A stretch of DNA of 62,957 bases, filler included, from Intoshia linei (GCA_001642005.1; 6 parts of 6 records of this genome joined end to end with filler, not necessarily neighbours in it); one strand, 5' to 3'; shown: positions 41,750 to 56,202, counted from the whole stretch's first letter. Notes: generated by a model not told the origin, from the sequence alone. Numbers and translations: made by a program.

Positions 41750-41991
41750 TNGACTATTTTTACTTTATTTTTAATATTATACACACATTCTGTCTAATAA
41801 ATTAAAAAAATGGGATGACAATTGTTTTTAAATTCTTTACGCAAATGTTAACAAAACAAAACATTGATAATAGTTAATAGTAGAATTTTTAAGTTAGATT
41901 GTCAACGTGAATTTATTTTTTTGGTATAATAAAAGAGTGCCCTCGGCAGAGCTAGGTGCTGTTGGTACGTAGTACAAAACTGCCAAGCTAG
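41750..41991 (+). mobile_element. Helitron-like family 3' fragment
   Basis: Ends GTGCCCTCGGCAGAGCTAGGTGCTGTTGGTACGTAGTACAAAACTGCCAAGCTAG|T. Confidence 0.75.
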
Positions 41992-42519
41992 TTCAATATA
42001 ATAATGGTAGAGCCAGATTAATGCGATTGATAAATCCTAGTTATACCGTGCTAATCGATGATAAGACCGATACTTAAGAAGCAATTGTAGAATATTATAA
42101 AATTGAAATTGTGAAATGTTCACTTAATTAATAATCCAATTATAATTGTCGCTGATAATTATCAGCGACTTTATTTGTTCGTCATATTCATTATACCAGA
42201 TGGAAAAATAAATAATAGGCATTACTTAATTTTCAAATTCAAGAAATAGCTTAATTAATGAAATTATATTAGGTTTGAAAACACATCACATGTTCTAGAT
42301 TCTTTCTTTAAACGGGTTCTACGTTACGCACAAATCATTAAAAATGTATTATTATTATTCTTAACGTCTCCCTGAAAAATTCAATTATTGTTATTTCCCT
42401 CATTGAAAATCGGTCATTACACATCAGCTCAGCTACCAATTGCTTGATTAATGAATTAATTATTTTTTGATTTGGTTTTTAAATGGAGTTATTTATGTTT
42501 TTTTAATTATTTTTTTAGG

Positions 42520-42862
42520 TATATTTTTGGGATTGGACTGTTTTTACTATATTTTTTATATTATACACACATTCTATCTAATAAATTAAAAAAATGGATA
42601 ACAATTTTTTTGAAAATTATTTACGCAAATGTTAACAAAACAAAACAAAGATAGAATAATTTACTTAAAATTAAAACGTAATGTGATATCACGGTTCCAC
42701 CTGAAACAAATTTGGAAACCACTAGTTTAAACGATTGATATTAGTGAATAGTAGGTTTTTTAAGTTAGATTTTCAACGTTAATTTATTTTTTTGGTAGAA
42801 TAAAAATGTACCCTCGGCAGAGCTAGGTGCTGTTTATACGTAGTAAATAACAGTCAACCTAG
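42520..42862 (+). mobile_element. Helitron-like family 3' fragment
   Basis: Ends CCCTCGGCAGAGCTAGGTGCTGTTTATACGTAGTAAATAACAGTCAACCTAG|T. Confidence 0.75.
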
Positions 42863-42953
42863 TTTTACTTATATTTATAGTAAATTTAATAAGTTAATGA
42901 TTTTATGAGGCATAGGAATCATTAATAAATAATTATGTTAATTTTAAATTTAG

Positions 42954-43205
42954 TGATACAAAATGAAAAGCGAATTGTTAAAAAGACAAATGAAGTTGTT
43001 GATTGGAAAGAAATTGTAATTAACTACATGATTTTGCAAGGTCGTGTATTGAATGAATGAAAATATTCAAATTAATAATTTTTATAATAATAATAAATGT
43101 TCCAATATTATCTTAGATTTTATTTGTACCGTACCACCAGAGCCAACCTTACCAGCTCAAGGCGATCTAAAAATAAAAAATATGATACGTAAAAAATGTG
43201 GCTAA
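42954..43205 (+). CDS. Possible terminal two exons of an unidentified small gene (42954-43040, 43117-43205)
   Basis: Phase-compatible join gives IQNEKRIVKKTNEVVDWKEIVINYMILQ/DFICTVPPEPTLPAQGDLKIKNMIRKKCG*. Upstream exons could not be linked convincingly. Confidence 0.25.
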
Positions 43206-43246
43206 CGATGCGTAGTGTCATATATCACTAATCACCTTTCCAAGTA

Positions 43247-44225
43247 CAGTCCGACCTCGGTTTTTGAGGCACACTCATGTTTTGGGGCATTTTTTCAGAA
43301 TTATGTTGATTATATAGTATTTATATCGAGGCATAGCAATATATGTGAAATTAACCCCGCTTTTGGAGAAAAAATGTTGTAAACACTAAAAGGTTGGAAA
43401 TTGTTATGAATAGCGTCTACTGCAGTGCTTTCGAACCCATTTTGGTTAGCTACACACATTTCAATCTGAAAACTTTTTGCGACACACCAATCTAAAAATA
43501 TACTATTGATTCGTTGAAACGAAAATTTTTTTAATAATGATCTCAAAATAAATATAAAATTATTGCTTCACTTTAGATTAAAAATCATTATATTTGTAAT
43601 GTTATTAAAAAAAATGTATAAATTGAATGAAGTGTGAACAAAGACAAAAATAATGAAATAATTTCAAATACATGTATAATATAAATGTTTATATCTAATA
43701 AATTACAAAATTAATGAGATTTGTGATTGTATAGATGAACATATTCTTTTAATATCTTTATATATAACAAAATCACATTTGTATAAACGAAATTTAAATT
43801 ACTTTTTCATTATTTCAAAAATGTGCGTGAACGATATGAAAAGGTGTATTTGATGACTAATTTGATGCTTTATATATTGATTTTGACTGTAAAATAATCA
43901 TTTTGGTGATGAATTTAATCCAATTTAGTAAAAAATAACGCTATTTTAGTTACGTAAAAAGTAACTATAATTCTAAAAATTAAATATACAATTGTATAAT
44001 TACAAAAAATTCATAACTTTGATTTCAGATTTTAATTAAATTTGGATTTTCAGATATTTAGTTGAAAATGTCACTTTAAATCGTGTTGGGCTGTAATAGA
44101 AACACATATAATATAATAATGTATTGAATAATTTAAATATTCAATAAAAAAATTAGATAACTTATTAAAAACCCAGATTCTGAGGCATTTTTCCAAAAAT
44201 GGCGTCCCAATCCGAGGTCCGACTT
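43247..44225. mobile_element. pogo/Tigger-like non-autonomous element
   Basis: TA|CAGTCCGACCTCGG ... CCGAGGTCCGACTT|A termini. Confidence 0.6.
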
Positions 44226-44437
44226 ACTAAAAATTTAGAATTGAAATTTTAAATTTAACACATAAAATAGTTATGATACTCAAACATAATTTTTAATTAT
44301 CAATTTAGAAAAATGAGGGCACCATTTTATACAACACAACGCAGTGGGAATGATGAAATTTTTTATATGGCAAAATGAAAATTTTAATGTTCAAATTAAG
44401 CAGTGATCTTATTAAATTTATTAGACATGGTTTAAAT

Positions 44438-45950
44438 CAGGCATTCTCAACCCTTTTGCGCTGTGGACCCCTAAGATGATGTTACAAAAAACCTGTAGAC
44501 CCTCAAAAAAATTTATAATAATTAGAATTTTTAATGAATCATTACATTTGGGTAAAACGAATGATGGCCAAATGAGATGGAGTACTCTAGTTTTTCGAGA
44601 TGATAAAGTTGATGAACTATTAATATTAAACAAGTTATTAAATTTTAATACTAACATTATATTATATTTAATTAATGAGATCTTTGGCATTGACTTTTAT
44701 ACAAGTAGTTATATACAATAAGGTGTGTCCTAAAACACTTTTTTTAAACAATACAAAAGTAGCCAACGGGGAAAGATGAAACTTTTTATTGTGAAGAAGA
44801 TGATGTGCTTGAAATTGTCTAACTCTTGAAAAAACCCTTGACTTTTTGCATTTTAAACTAATTTTTAATACAATTTTTCAAAAACGAACATAAATTTATA
44901 AAAAATATTGTTGTGGTAACGATGTGATATCATGCGCATAAATAGTGTATGTAACATTTGTGAGTATATATTATGCCATGGTTATCACAGTTTATCAGAA
45001 ATCCTTCTCAATAAAACCCTATTTTATCCAAAAAGTTATAAAAAACAGAATTTATAAAATAGAGGGGTTTATGGTGTTTTTTTTCTAACAATTATGACAT
45101 TTGGGGTACGTGATCTTGTTTGTCGGTACGGTATTGTCGTCTATAATCCTGCAATATGTAACCAAATACAGGAAACTTGGATTCTCTTCTTTTAAGGAAA
45201 TGCATAAAAACTTCCTTAACCATCCATCTGGTCGTTTGTCCCTACTTTAAGGTTTTTCTGATTTTCAAAAATTTTTTACTATCGTTGCAGAATTTGTTGT
45301 TTTTGTCGAGCTATTGTGAAAATTGTCTGGCTGGGCATATCAAGTTCAGCTGCCACCTGCTTTAGTTATATCATTCATTTATTTATATTTATTACCACTG
45401 TTTATTATTTCCCTTCTAACCTCTTTATAATATAAATTTTTTCAAACATATTGCTTGATTTTCATTTCATCGTATAATTAATTTCGTTTTTTCAAATTTT
45501 AAAAAGTTTCGTTCTCGTGTTTAAAGAATTTAAAGAATGCGCTATATTTACTTTATTCCTTTTTTATTTTTAAAGTTGTCTTAGTAATAAAAAATATTAG
45601 TAATATTAGTAATAGTAATAGTAATATTAGTAGCATAAATAATTGTGTAATTTAGCTGTATGTATTATCAAGATTCCACTGTATCAGGTTCTAAATTTGA
45701 TAAATTTAACCTTAGATCTCCTCTTTTGACTATATCTAATCTATTCCTTTTTTTTGATAATAAAACTACGTAACTGAATCCACATTCAACTAAATACGTT
45801 GATGGAAAGGCAATAAAATAATGTCGTGCAACTTTCCATAGTTCCGGATAATTTTGTGAAATGTCATATCAAATAAATCAGTTAAATATGCAATACATGT
45901 ATTTAATTTTCATGGACCCCAAGGGGTCCGGACCCTGTTGAGAATGGTTA
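44438..45950 (-). mobile_element. Degenerate hAT (Buster/Charlie-like) element
   Basis: Perfect 8-bp TSD GTTTAAAT (44430-44437 and 45951-45958), TIR CAGGCATTCTCAAC / GTTGAGAATGGTTA. Minus-strand remnant YPELWKVARHYFIAFPSTYLVECGFSYVVLLSKKRNRLDIVKRGDLRLNLSNLEPD at ~45680-45855. Confidence 0.85.
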
Positions 45951-46381
45951 GTTTAAATAGATCGAGTGCTAGACTAATAGAATTATGGAAAAATATAATT
46001 GATATAGAAGTTTTTATAAAAGCTAAACTAGCTAAAATTTTGAAACAAAACAGTTACTGTAAGACTAACAATAAACTAAAATCTTAGTTAGACATTTTAG
46101 TATCTCAGACTGAGACTCAAATTCTGACAGATATTTTGTTGCAATCATCGATTAGTGCATGGAATTGAGTAGCATTAACTTACTTGTAAATTATAGTGCT
46201 ACATCGATTACATGCGAATAGCTAAGTCATTATTGTTTGATACATTTAATTTTAAATACACGTTTAAAATAAAATATCACGAAGCATTGTATATTAATTC
46301 CATAACAACACTAAATCTTGAGATTTGAGATTAGTGTCAACAAAAATTTGCCAAATATTTTTTAAATTGTCATAATTTAAG

Positions 46382-47956
46382 ATGAAACTTACTCATTGCG
46401 ATATTTATTTATTTTGGCCAAATATTATAGGATATGTCCGTGTAATATGCTTATTAATTTCATGCATGTCTTTTATGAAAAATCCATATATTGCTATTAT
46501 TTCATACATTGTTAGTATTGGTATGGATGCGATCGATGGAAAAGTTGCAAGAGCCTTCAATCAATGTAATTTTACAATTAATGCTTGCAATTAATAAACG
46601 TTGGAAAGTAAAATCTTATAAATAAACATTTGCCAACCTTTTCATTCTTGTGGACCGGTGAAAATGTAAAAATATTTTAACAGGCTAGTAAAAGTGCTAA
46701 ATGGTAAATGCATGTAAATGAAATTTTTACATGGTTGGAAAATCGCTACTTCTATATTCGTAACAAATATTATATTTTTAAAACTTTATATAGATTCACC
46801 GAGACTCGACAGTTTGGAAACGTTAGTTTAGATCAGGGATACTCAACCTTTTAGTCTAACGCCCCACAAATATCTAAAAGAGTTTCATTGTTTTTTAATT
46901 CGACCAATTCTTGTTGAGGTTTTCTGCAGTTTGAGTTATATCAATAACAAATGGATTATCTGTTTCATTTTTTCAAGTCAAAAATATCTTTAAAACGAAC
47001 AATTATGGTATACTATCAACTACTAGGGGAAATTGTATAAGTTAGATATAATTAGATAAGGTTTTATTTTATCTGAAATCGATCAGTGATGTGAAACACA
47101 TGATGTAATAATTATATATATATATAATTTTTTTCTAGCAACAATTTTTGGTGGATACTTAGACATGATTACAGACAGATGCACAACAATGTCACTAGTC
47201 TCATTTCTTATGATATTTTATCCAAGATATGCACTTTTCTTTGTTCTAGTGAATGTCATAGACATGAGTAGTCACTGGAGTCATGTTCATAGGTATAATG
47301 ATACACTTTTTTTAAGAAATAATTTTATTGATGTAATAATTAGTAATGCAGTTATGGGTAATCAAACTCATAAATCCGTAAAGAAGGAAGAAAATATTAT
47401 TTTGTCTTATTATTACAGCAATAAGGTATTTTTCATCTAATATGTTTCGTTCATGCAATTAATTAGTATGCTAACATTTCATATTTAAAACTTTTTGATT
47501 GGTCATTAAAAATTAAATATAAAGCGTTAAAAAGTATTTACTATTTATTAAAATTTTTATTTTAGAACTTCTTCTATTCAGCTTGTATATTTAGCGAAGG
47601 TTTCTATGTCTGGATGTACATTCTCAATTTTGTTCCAATTTTTCTAGGTATTTTATTGTAGACTGAATTTTAAGTATTTAAAACCAACCTTACTCAAAAT
47701 ATGTGTCTAGATTCAGAAATTATACGAAATGACTGACTTTTTTCAATTTAATATTTATGTGGTGCTACCCACGCCCGTGTGAAAATGACGTATCTATTTT
47801 ATATTTAATATTATATTTTTAGTCAAATTAATGGTCTATTTCACATTTCCATTCGCTCTATTAAAAATATTCATAAATTTGGTTCAACTCAAAGTGGCTT
47901 CAGATCAACTCATTAGCTTAGACGTCAAAAATAGAAATCAAAATGTTGAAAAATAA
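46382..47956 (+). CDS. CDIPT: CDP-diacylglycerol--inositol 3-phosphatidyltransferase (PI synthase), ~211 aa, exons 46382-46565, 47139-47292, 47344-47425, 47566-47647, 47823-47956
   Basis: IYLFWPNIIGYVRV, CDP-alcohol motif DAIDGKVARAFNQSTIFGGYLDMITDRCTT, IDMSSHWSHVH, HK, YYSNK. In-phase GT-AG introns. Confidence 0.93.
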
Positions 47957-48704
47957 TTTGTTATAATAAATTTTAATATTATTATTAATACATTATATAA
48001 ATCTAGAAATCGCTGAAAAAGATATTAATATAATTCCTATAATCAGGGGTTCCCAAAGTAGACGATATCTCCACCAAGGGGTCGGTTCATTCAGTTAGGG
48101 CGATTTTAATCATATTATATAGCAGGGATAGCCAACCTGTCGATCGCAGGTGATTTTCATTAATTTTTGTTGGAATTAATCTCAATTTTAAGTTTTGTTT
48201 TCGACGATCACACTACATAAAAATATTTAGATACACTTTTTTTATCGAATTCCGCAAAGCGATTTTTTTAAAATAGGTTCAGACCAGAAAATTTTTTCTA
48301 GTCAATGTATTAGTCGATCGCAGCAAAAAAAGATTAGACACCCCTATTATATAGTATTAGTATATAATGTAGAGTAGGGTGATGAATTTTTTGGTTGTAA
48401 GGGCAGATTTTTATAGCAATTTTGGGAAAATTTTTTTAAGGGGACAATGAAAAAATACATTGCTAAAAAGGATGGGCGGTAGACCAAATTGATTTGGGAA
48501 CCCTGAAGTATAATGTACACTTTATAGTATAATCTTAAATATATTTTGTATAATATCATTAATATTATTCGAAAAATATAGTTTTATTTAAAAAATTTAT
48601 ATAATTAATTTTAATTAAATTGATTGCGTAGTCAAAACTCAATTTGTTAGTTTTAGATATGTTTGGTTTTGAAATTAATTTATTCCAACCACTGCTTTTA
48701 TGTA

Positions 48705-51019
48705 TTCAGTAAGAATTAAGGATTGAACAAGTCTGGTAGACGGAAACATAGTATATATACATTTTATTATAAATTTTATGTAATGCATATATTGAACAAG
48801 AAAAATTTCCTAATAGTGTCAAAATACAAATAGAATACAGGAACTAAAATAATAAATTAATAAATATAAAAATATTACATATACAGTGCGCGACATAAGT
48901 CTAAGGCACTCTACACATTCTTATTAAAAACCACTATAAAATTAATAAGCACGAATAACGGAATCAACACTTTATTAGCATATTTCAGGTGAATTTTACT
49001 AATATTGCAAAGGATTGTAATATATATAAAAATAATAATAACAAAGTTGTATGACTTTTAGTAATTCGTTGTTGTAATTTTAATTTAAAATTAAACAAAA
49101 TGTTTTGAAAATGAAAATTGCGTAGCAATAAAAAAAATCCTGAAATAACAATTATATAGATTTCTACCCATATTTATTTATTGGAAATGTGTCGACGTAC
49201 AATCCACATTTTTTTTGAAATTGTAGGATCAATATTTACGTTTTCAATTTTTGATTTTAATCGAAATGTTTGAAAAATATTGGTTGATAATATATTAAAA
49301 ATTATTTTTCACCGGGAATGGGTAGATTTCTTAGGTTGAAATTTTGTATTTATATCAACTAGAATAAGCGCTATCAGAATAACCCTTTTTTTTTAATTTT
49401 TGAACCGTTAATTATTTCACATTATTTGTTGTAATAATATATTTCGGAAAAAAAATATATGAATATTAAAATCCTTTTTTGACAGTGAAGTCGTCACTTA
49501 TTCGGATTTAAATTCTTTATATGTGTTTTTAACATGATACAACTCTACCACCTGTAAATTATTAAAATTCTAGGGCTATTTTCATTAAAAAAAAAGGGTA
49601 ATTTGTGGTTTTGGCCCTGAAGATATAATTTTTTTAAATTTAAATTTATGATAATGTTTATGATTTTAAAATCCGCATCAGCGTATACATTTTTTTAAAT
49701 TCTCCAATTCGTTTGATTTTCAAAAAGAGGGACAACAGGAGATTTGACCCTTAAGATGTGAAATTGGGAGGTTGATATTTATCTTATTATACGTTCCGAA
49801 AACAACTGTTTTATATAATTTAAGATATACATTATGATATTATGTACATTATGTATACATGATAATATATACAGTATAATAGTATAATAATAATAATTAA
49901 TACAGTATATAGTATAAATAAAGTATTATTTACCATAGTTAAACTTATTAATGGAAGTAGAATGACATCATCCAAACGGTACGTGTAAATTGACATAAAT
50001 ATAATTATTGAAATTATAGATAAAGAAAACAATGAATCCTAAATAAAATAAATACTAGCTTAACTGTTATATACTTAATAAAAACAGAAGCTAGATCTGC
50101 TTAGGGCGGACTTTATAATTTTAAGATTGCTATTTTACTTTATTATAATAGACAATGAGTATAGTATCTTAAAAACCATAAAATTATGGTTATCGTCATA
50201 AATAACATGAATTCCAAAAAAAATATAATTTTAAATATTTGTAGTGCAGTTTTTTCTATCATGCATTTTGGATAAAAGAGTGGTCCCAAAGTTTTTGTCA
50301 CCATTAAATGAATGATTAATAGGTAAATTCATTAAATCAAAATATAGTGCATTATTCACACCTAATTTTATTTTGTTACAATTTGTGTAAAGACTTTCAA
50401 AAACAATTTGGCGATAGAATTTTTTTAATTTATTATAGAGAATGAGTGTATAATCTTAAAAATAAAGTAAAAACAGTACAATCCTAAAAATCATCATAAA
50501 TAATATGAATTCCATATAAAATAAATTTGTAATCTGAGGTTTTGTTTGTGAAAATGCACATTTCTAAAATTGTGTTTTATGATACTATCACAAAATTTAT
50601 GTTTTATAAAATTCTAGGACATTTTTCATTAATAAAAACGAGAGACAGTTGTAGTTTTGACCATTAAGATGTAGCTAATTTAACTGAGATTTACGAGAAC
50701 ATTAATGAATCTGAAACGTATGATAATGTTCAGGATTTAAATTTTCCCATAATTTTTTAAATTCCATGTCTTAGTTTTTGAAATAATTGTTACGAACAGA
50801 CATTTTTAGCTATTTGTCTGTACATAAATAAGTATTAAATATATAACATACGATTATGATAATGCCAAATTTGATTTTTTTAATAAATAGTGGTACAGAA
50901 TAAACGAATCGGGATATTAAACCTATTATTGCCCACATAATAAATAAATATTTGACAATGTTTGAATATTTATTCATCATTCGAAAATTCAACCAAAACC
51001 ACAAAAATGTCATAGCATA
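48705..51019 (-). CDS. Putative multi-pass membrane protein, unidentified (candidate phase-0 exons ~50852-51019, ~49934-50038, ~48705-48843)
   Basis: Three hydrophobic open segments, each preceded by a T-rich TAG acceptor, the first two ending in GTATGT/GTAAAT donors. No family recognised, and AT-rich DNA can mimic hydrophobic ORFs. Confidence 0.3.
48920..49810 (-). mobile_element. Helitron-like family internal fragment
   Basis: Collinear with 21520-21970 and 23660-24300. Confidence 0.75.
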
Positions 51020-53111
51020 CTAAAAATAATTTATTAACAGGTATTAATAATAATACACAATACAACATTTTTAGTTTTAAAAAAATTCTGCTACCTTTTA
51101 TTTTTAAACGATAGACGCAAAAAATAAAACCAGTTTTAGTATGGAGTATATTAATTTAGACATCAATGTATAAACACGTAATCATCTCAAATCCCAGGAT
51201 TCAAGCTACATCGTTGAAATGCACTAGAAAATCGAAAATTTGTAAAATCTCGAAAAAGTTTTAACAATGGTTTATCACTGTTTTTTTACGAAAAAATTAA
51301 AAATTTATCCATTATGTAAAACTGAATAAAATTTTGATCAAAATTTCATATTTTTAATTAATTTACTTAAAATTACCACACTGAAAATGAGAGAAGCATT
51401 GTAAATTGATCCCATGTATGTCAACCGTTTTAAAATAGAATGTGCTACACTGACAGGTTCATTTATTTTTCGAATTTTTTTCACTCCACTGACCGGTTTG
51501 GGACGTCTTCCTATTTAAAATACCATATTTCATTAAATTTAAAAATAGAATTTAGTCATCAACTTTGGTTAACGGAACTCCAATTAACTGTCCGATTGGT
51601 AAACTAAATAATCTTAAAATGTTCCCAGAGAGTATGATTTAAATTTAAATTTTATAACTTCTACAACATAAAACACATACAAATTACTTTTTAATTTTTT
51701 TCTTTTTACATTGATCATAATGATTTCATGCAAGTAAAAGTTGAATGATTAATTATTGTTTACATTTTATACATATTTCAGCAGATGTTTTTTATTTATT
51801 TCGATGGATTATAAATTTTTTATATTAAATGCGACAACTACGTCAAGAATAAAAGCTTAAAAAAAATTAGAATCAATATCCTGTAAGTATAAAATTTAAT
51901 CGGATATTTGTGAATTATTAACAAAGTTAAATTAAAATTTATTTTTATCTGAGAATGCATAGATTTCAGAGGTTGAAATTTTTATCTAGCTCAACTAGAA
52001 TAAGTTGTATCATAATACAGTATTCTCTCTATAATTCGCCAATTCTCTTACTCGCCATTTATTTTGAATAAAAATAAAAATTTAAAAGTTTGAAAAAATA
52101 TCTTATTTATAAATTATCAATTATTTTGAATAAGGTTGAAAAAGTTGAATCTGTATATGATGCTTATAAAAAATTAACCTTAAGAGATACCATTATATTT
52201 GCGGATCTATCCTGGAATAAAGTAACGCAATCAACAATTTGTAAATTTATGGAGGAGCTGTATTATATGTGATCTTTTTTAATATAGTATTACCATTTCC
52301 CTCCATTTCTCAAAATATTGAGTTATATCGGTTTTTGGGTAGTCAATATATTCGTTTTTAAAGTTTAAATTTATGATAATGTTCAATGAACATTGTTCAT
52401 GTAATTTTAAAATATTTATCAAAAATAATACTTTTTTAAATTCTAATACAACTGTACATTTTTTACCCAATTTTTCGCATATTTCAGTTTGTAGTTATGC
52501 CATAAAATTATTGCAATGCATTGAAATTACTTTTACCACTTAGTATTTAAATTTAAAAAATGTTCCGGATTTTTAGCTTAAACGAACCCCTAACCAAAGA
52601 TGACCAAAGCCCACCGTATCATGATCGAGCTACTCCACCCAAAAATAAAAAATTGCTGCATGACATAATTTTTGTCAATATAAAATAGACATCATTTTTG
52701 TGCTTGTAATATACATTTAAAAAGTCTTTTGAGATAATAAAATTGTATTTTTCTCTATAGGGCTAATAAAAATTAATTAAATTAGATATATAGAATTTTA
52801 GGTCTTTTTAAAATCAAAATTGGTAGCAATAAAAAATAGAAAGAAAAATATTTTTTACTTTAACAGAACTTTAATTTGAAAATACACTTACTGTCATGGA
52901 AAATATAGTATATTTAACTAGTCTAATATATCCATGTAATAATTTTCATTTAATTTAAATTTATAATTATTAAAGGAAATTTAATTTAAATGAAGACTTT
53001 ACACAACAAAAAGATTTAAACCGACTAGAAATTTATAAAGAGATGAATGAAACATCAGATGAAAAAGAAAATGTTCACATTTTGGTTTATTTTATGCTAT
53101 ATTTATTTATA

Positions 53112-54055
53112 CAGTCGATTCTATCTATATAAAAATACATTTAATCGAAATATCCTCTGTACTGAAACGAAATTTTGATTTAATTAAGTTGCTATACATA
53201 AAAAGTACATTTTTGATAATACATTTCATCGAAATATCCTCTATACAGAAATAGCACATGTTGAATGAACATTTTTATTTGCATTTGAAATTAAAATTGA
53301 TATTTTGCAATTTAAAATGTATTATTAAACTAAATTGACCAGAAAAATACGTACTATCAATTTTAGTTTATTTAATGTTAAATGTAAAGCCAAAACTACT
53401 TATCTATGATAACGAATAAAAATTTTCGGCTTAAAATTTATTCCGAATAAACTAAAAGTGATAGTAGGTATTTTTCTGGCCATCTTAATTAAACTGAGAC
53501 ATGTCAGCCATATAAATATTTTGAAAATAATGATAGTAAATTATAAACTAATTTTTATTTTATAAAGTCTATATTATATTTCTAAATTATGACATTGATT
53601 GGGTAATAAAATTAATAAATAATCGCTGTCTTCAAAATTTTCTCTTATTTTAAACAAAATGCCATTTTGGTATAGAGCAGGGGTGTCAGACTCAATTTGC
53701 TTGGCGATCCAAACGTGAAAAAAAATTATTACGCGTTGCGCACAAAAAAAATCTTTACTCAAAAAATTATGTTAAAACTAACAGATTTAATTAATTTATA
53801 ATAATTTTAATTGATTAAATGAAATTTTAAACAATAAAAATGGAATAAGTATAAAAATAATGTTAAAATTGTAATAATGAATAAATAAATCATGAAAAAT
53901 AAATGAAAAAACTGTAAAATAATAAATATGTGTACAAAATTTTTATAAAAAATAAAAATTTATATTATAATGCGGGCCGTACATTCCATAATTGGGGACC
54001 GTAAATGGCCCGAGGCTCGCATAATTGACACCCCTTGTATAGAGAGAATCGACTG
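53112..54055. mobile_element. pogo/Tigger-like MITE hosting two nested MITEs (53337-53481 and 53678-54036)
   Basis: TA|CAGTCGATTCTATCTATA ... TATAGAGAGAATCGACTG|TA. The nested hAT MITE has a perfect TSD GTATAGAG. The nested 145-bp MITE has ~35-bp TIRs. Confidence 0.8.
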
Positions 54056-54213
54056 TAGTTGTATTACACTAGACAACAAAATGAAAACTTTTTTCGAGGA
54101 TCTGCATGAGACCNNNNNNNNNNNNNNNNNNNNNNNNNNNNNNNNNNNNNNNNNNNNTTAATTAATTAANNNNNNNNNNNNNNNNNNNNNNNNNNNNNNN
54201 NNNNNNNNNNNNN

Positions 54214-55893
54214 TGCTGTTTATTCGAAGATCTAAAAGCAATCAAACTTCACCTATAGCCCAATCCTCAAATGTTTATCAAGATCATTTTCCTTTTTCCG
54301 ATGATAATGCGTCTATTAGTTTTGTCTTAACTGAAGATATTTATTTTTACGAAGAAGATTCCGTACAAAACAAAAAGTTGGCCAAATCTTGCACAGATGA
54401 GTGAAAGGTATCAGATTTCTGACCGGGCTGCCGCCGCCATAGTAAATGCTGCACTAAAAGATGTTGGATACATCTCTAAAACTGATTCTAGCTTTGTCAT
54501 TGATAGAAGCAAACTAAGACGGCAACGTGACAGGTACAGAAAAAAAATACAGGAAGAAGAAAAAGAAAAAGAAATGGTAATTTCTAACGGTGACAATGAG
54601 AAAAAAATATAGATCAATAAATTTGGAGGAACACTATGTGATGGTAGGCGAACCGAGAGGTTTTTACTTACACCACATGGCTCCAGAAAATGGCAAGGGT
54701 CGAACGGTGGCAAAGTGCATATTTGAAACTATTGAGGACACATCGTTGAAAAATAATTTGGCAATAGTTGGCTCAGATGGTACAGCAAGCATGACAGGTG
54801 TAAATAATGGTTGCATAAGAGCACTGGAAGAATATTTAAACAGACCATTACAATAGTCCATCTGTCTTCTACATTGCAATGAGCTGTCACTTCGTCATGT
54901 TTTCATGGAGCTTGATGACACGACAAAGAGTCCAACTGCATTTTCTGGACCAATAGGAAAGACATTAAATGGAAATGTTTTTCTGAATGGCAATTGCAAA
55001 ACTTTAAAAGAATTGATAATCAGAATTTTCCGAATTTCAGAATTTCTGATGATGACTGTGACCTGCCTGAATCAACAAACGTGATACAACACTTTAAACC
55101 GCAAAATTTGAATCTAAAATCCAAGGTTTATTACAAGATGGTAGATATGAATACAGATTTTATAGAAGAACCTACTGCCACGCGAAGAATAAGTGATGAT
55201 GCTATAGAAAAAATCAGAAAAGCACCACTCATTCTTCATCATCCTTGTCACAATCAAGCTGTCGAAAGACATGTCAAACTAGTGACAGAAGCTTCGAGTT
55301 CTGTAGCCAGTTTCGAGAGGAGGGATGGCATTATTCGCCAACGGATCAAATCCAGGAATTTAATGCCAAAATTTGACACAAAATCTCAATTTTCATAAAA
55401 CTTTTTGGACTAAATAATTTAATTGTATTTGTATTTAATAAAGTTACATAAAACATGTAACTATGATGGTCTATTTTCAGCAAACATTCTCATTATAAAT
55501 ATACATATTAAAATCTGATAAAAATAGAAAATTTATTCACTACAATGTGCTTTCTATAAAAAAATACGAAAATTGCAAAAAAATTATAAAAAAGTGGTTT
55601 TTGCTTAATAACTTTTTTTTTGTATCTTTAAGAGAAAAAAGTTCTATTAGGACAAATAGAAAGTTGACTATTCCGCTCATGAGCCGAAAATCGACATTCT
55701 ACGATGAGTGTATCAAAAGTTATAGCGATATTGTCGATTTTCGGCTCCGCGGCCACCTAGTGGCCAGTGGCCATCATACCGATGTGGGCCACCTCAAAAT
55801 TTTTGGTTTTGGTGCATATTTGAGCTATTTTTCACGATTTGTGAACTACAATTTGTTGATTAATGATACTAAATTCATATTCACTCTACCCTA
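54214..55893 (+). mobile_element. Degenerate DNA transposon, hATm-like transposase pseudogene (ORFs 54397-54612, 54590-54856, 54994-55398)
   Basis: ERYQISDRAAAAI, VIDRSKLRRQR, EEHYVMVGEP, VGSDGTASMTG..NG.IR.LE, ICLLHCNELSLRH, FSGPIGK, PCHNQAVERHVKLVTEAS. Right terminus ...CACTCTACCCTA. Stops and frameshifts present. The subfamily label is from recall. Confidence 0.75.
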
Positions 55894-56202
55894 ATATTTA
55901 GTTGTAAATATTTACATGTCAATATAAACATTCCTTAGAATATATTACATTTTAAAAGTATTTAATTTAACAAAATGGGCGTCAATGTAATTTTATTTTT
56001 TTTAAATATTTTACTGTTAAATATGATCTGAGTGATTTGATAGTTTTTTGGCATAAAGATTGTTCAATTATTTTTTTTTAAATTACGATTGCTAAATTTA
56101 TTTACTCATGTTAATGTTAATAATCTTATAATGTCAAAGTTTTAACTTTCAGATTCTCCCTTACGACTCTACTTTCTGATAAAAAAATATAAATATATTT
56201 AA

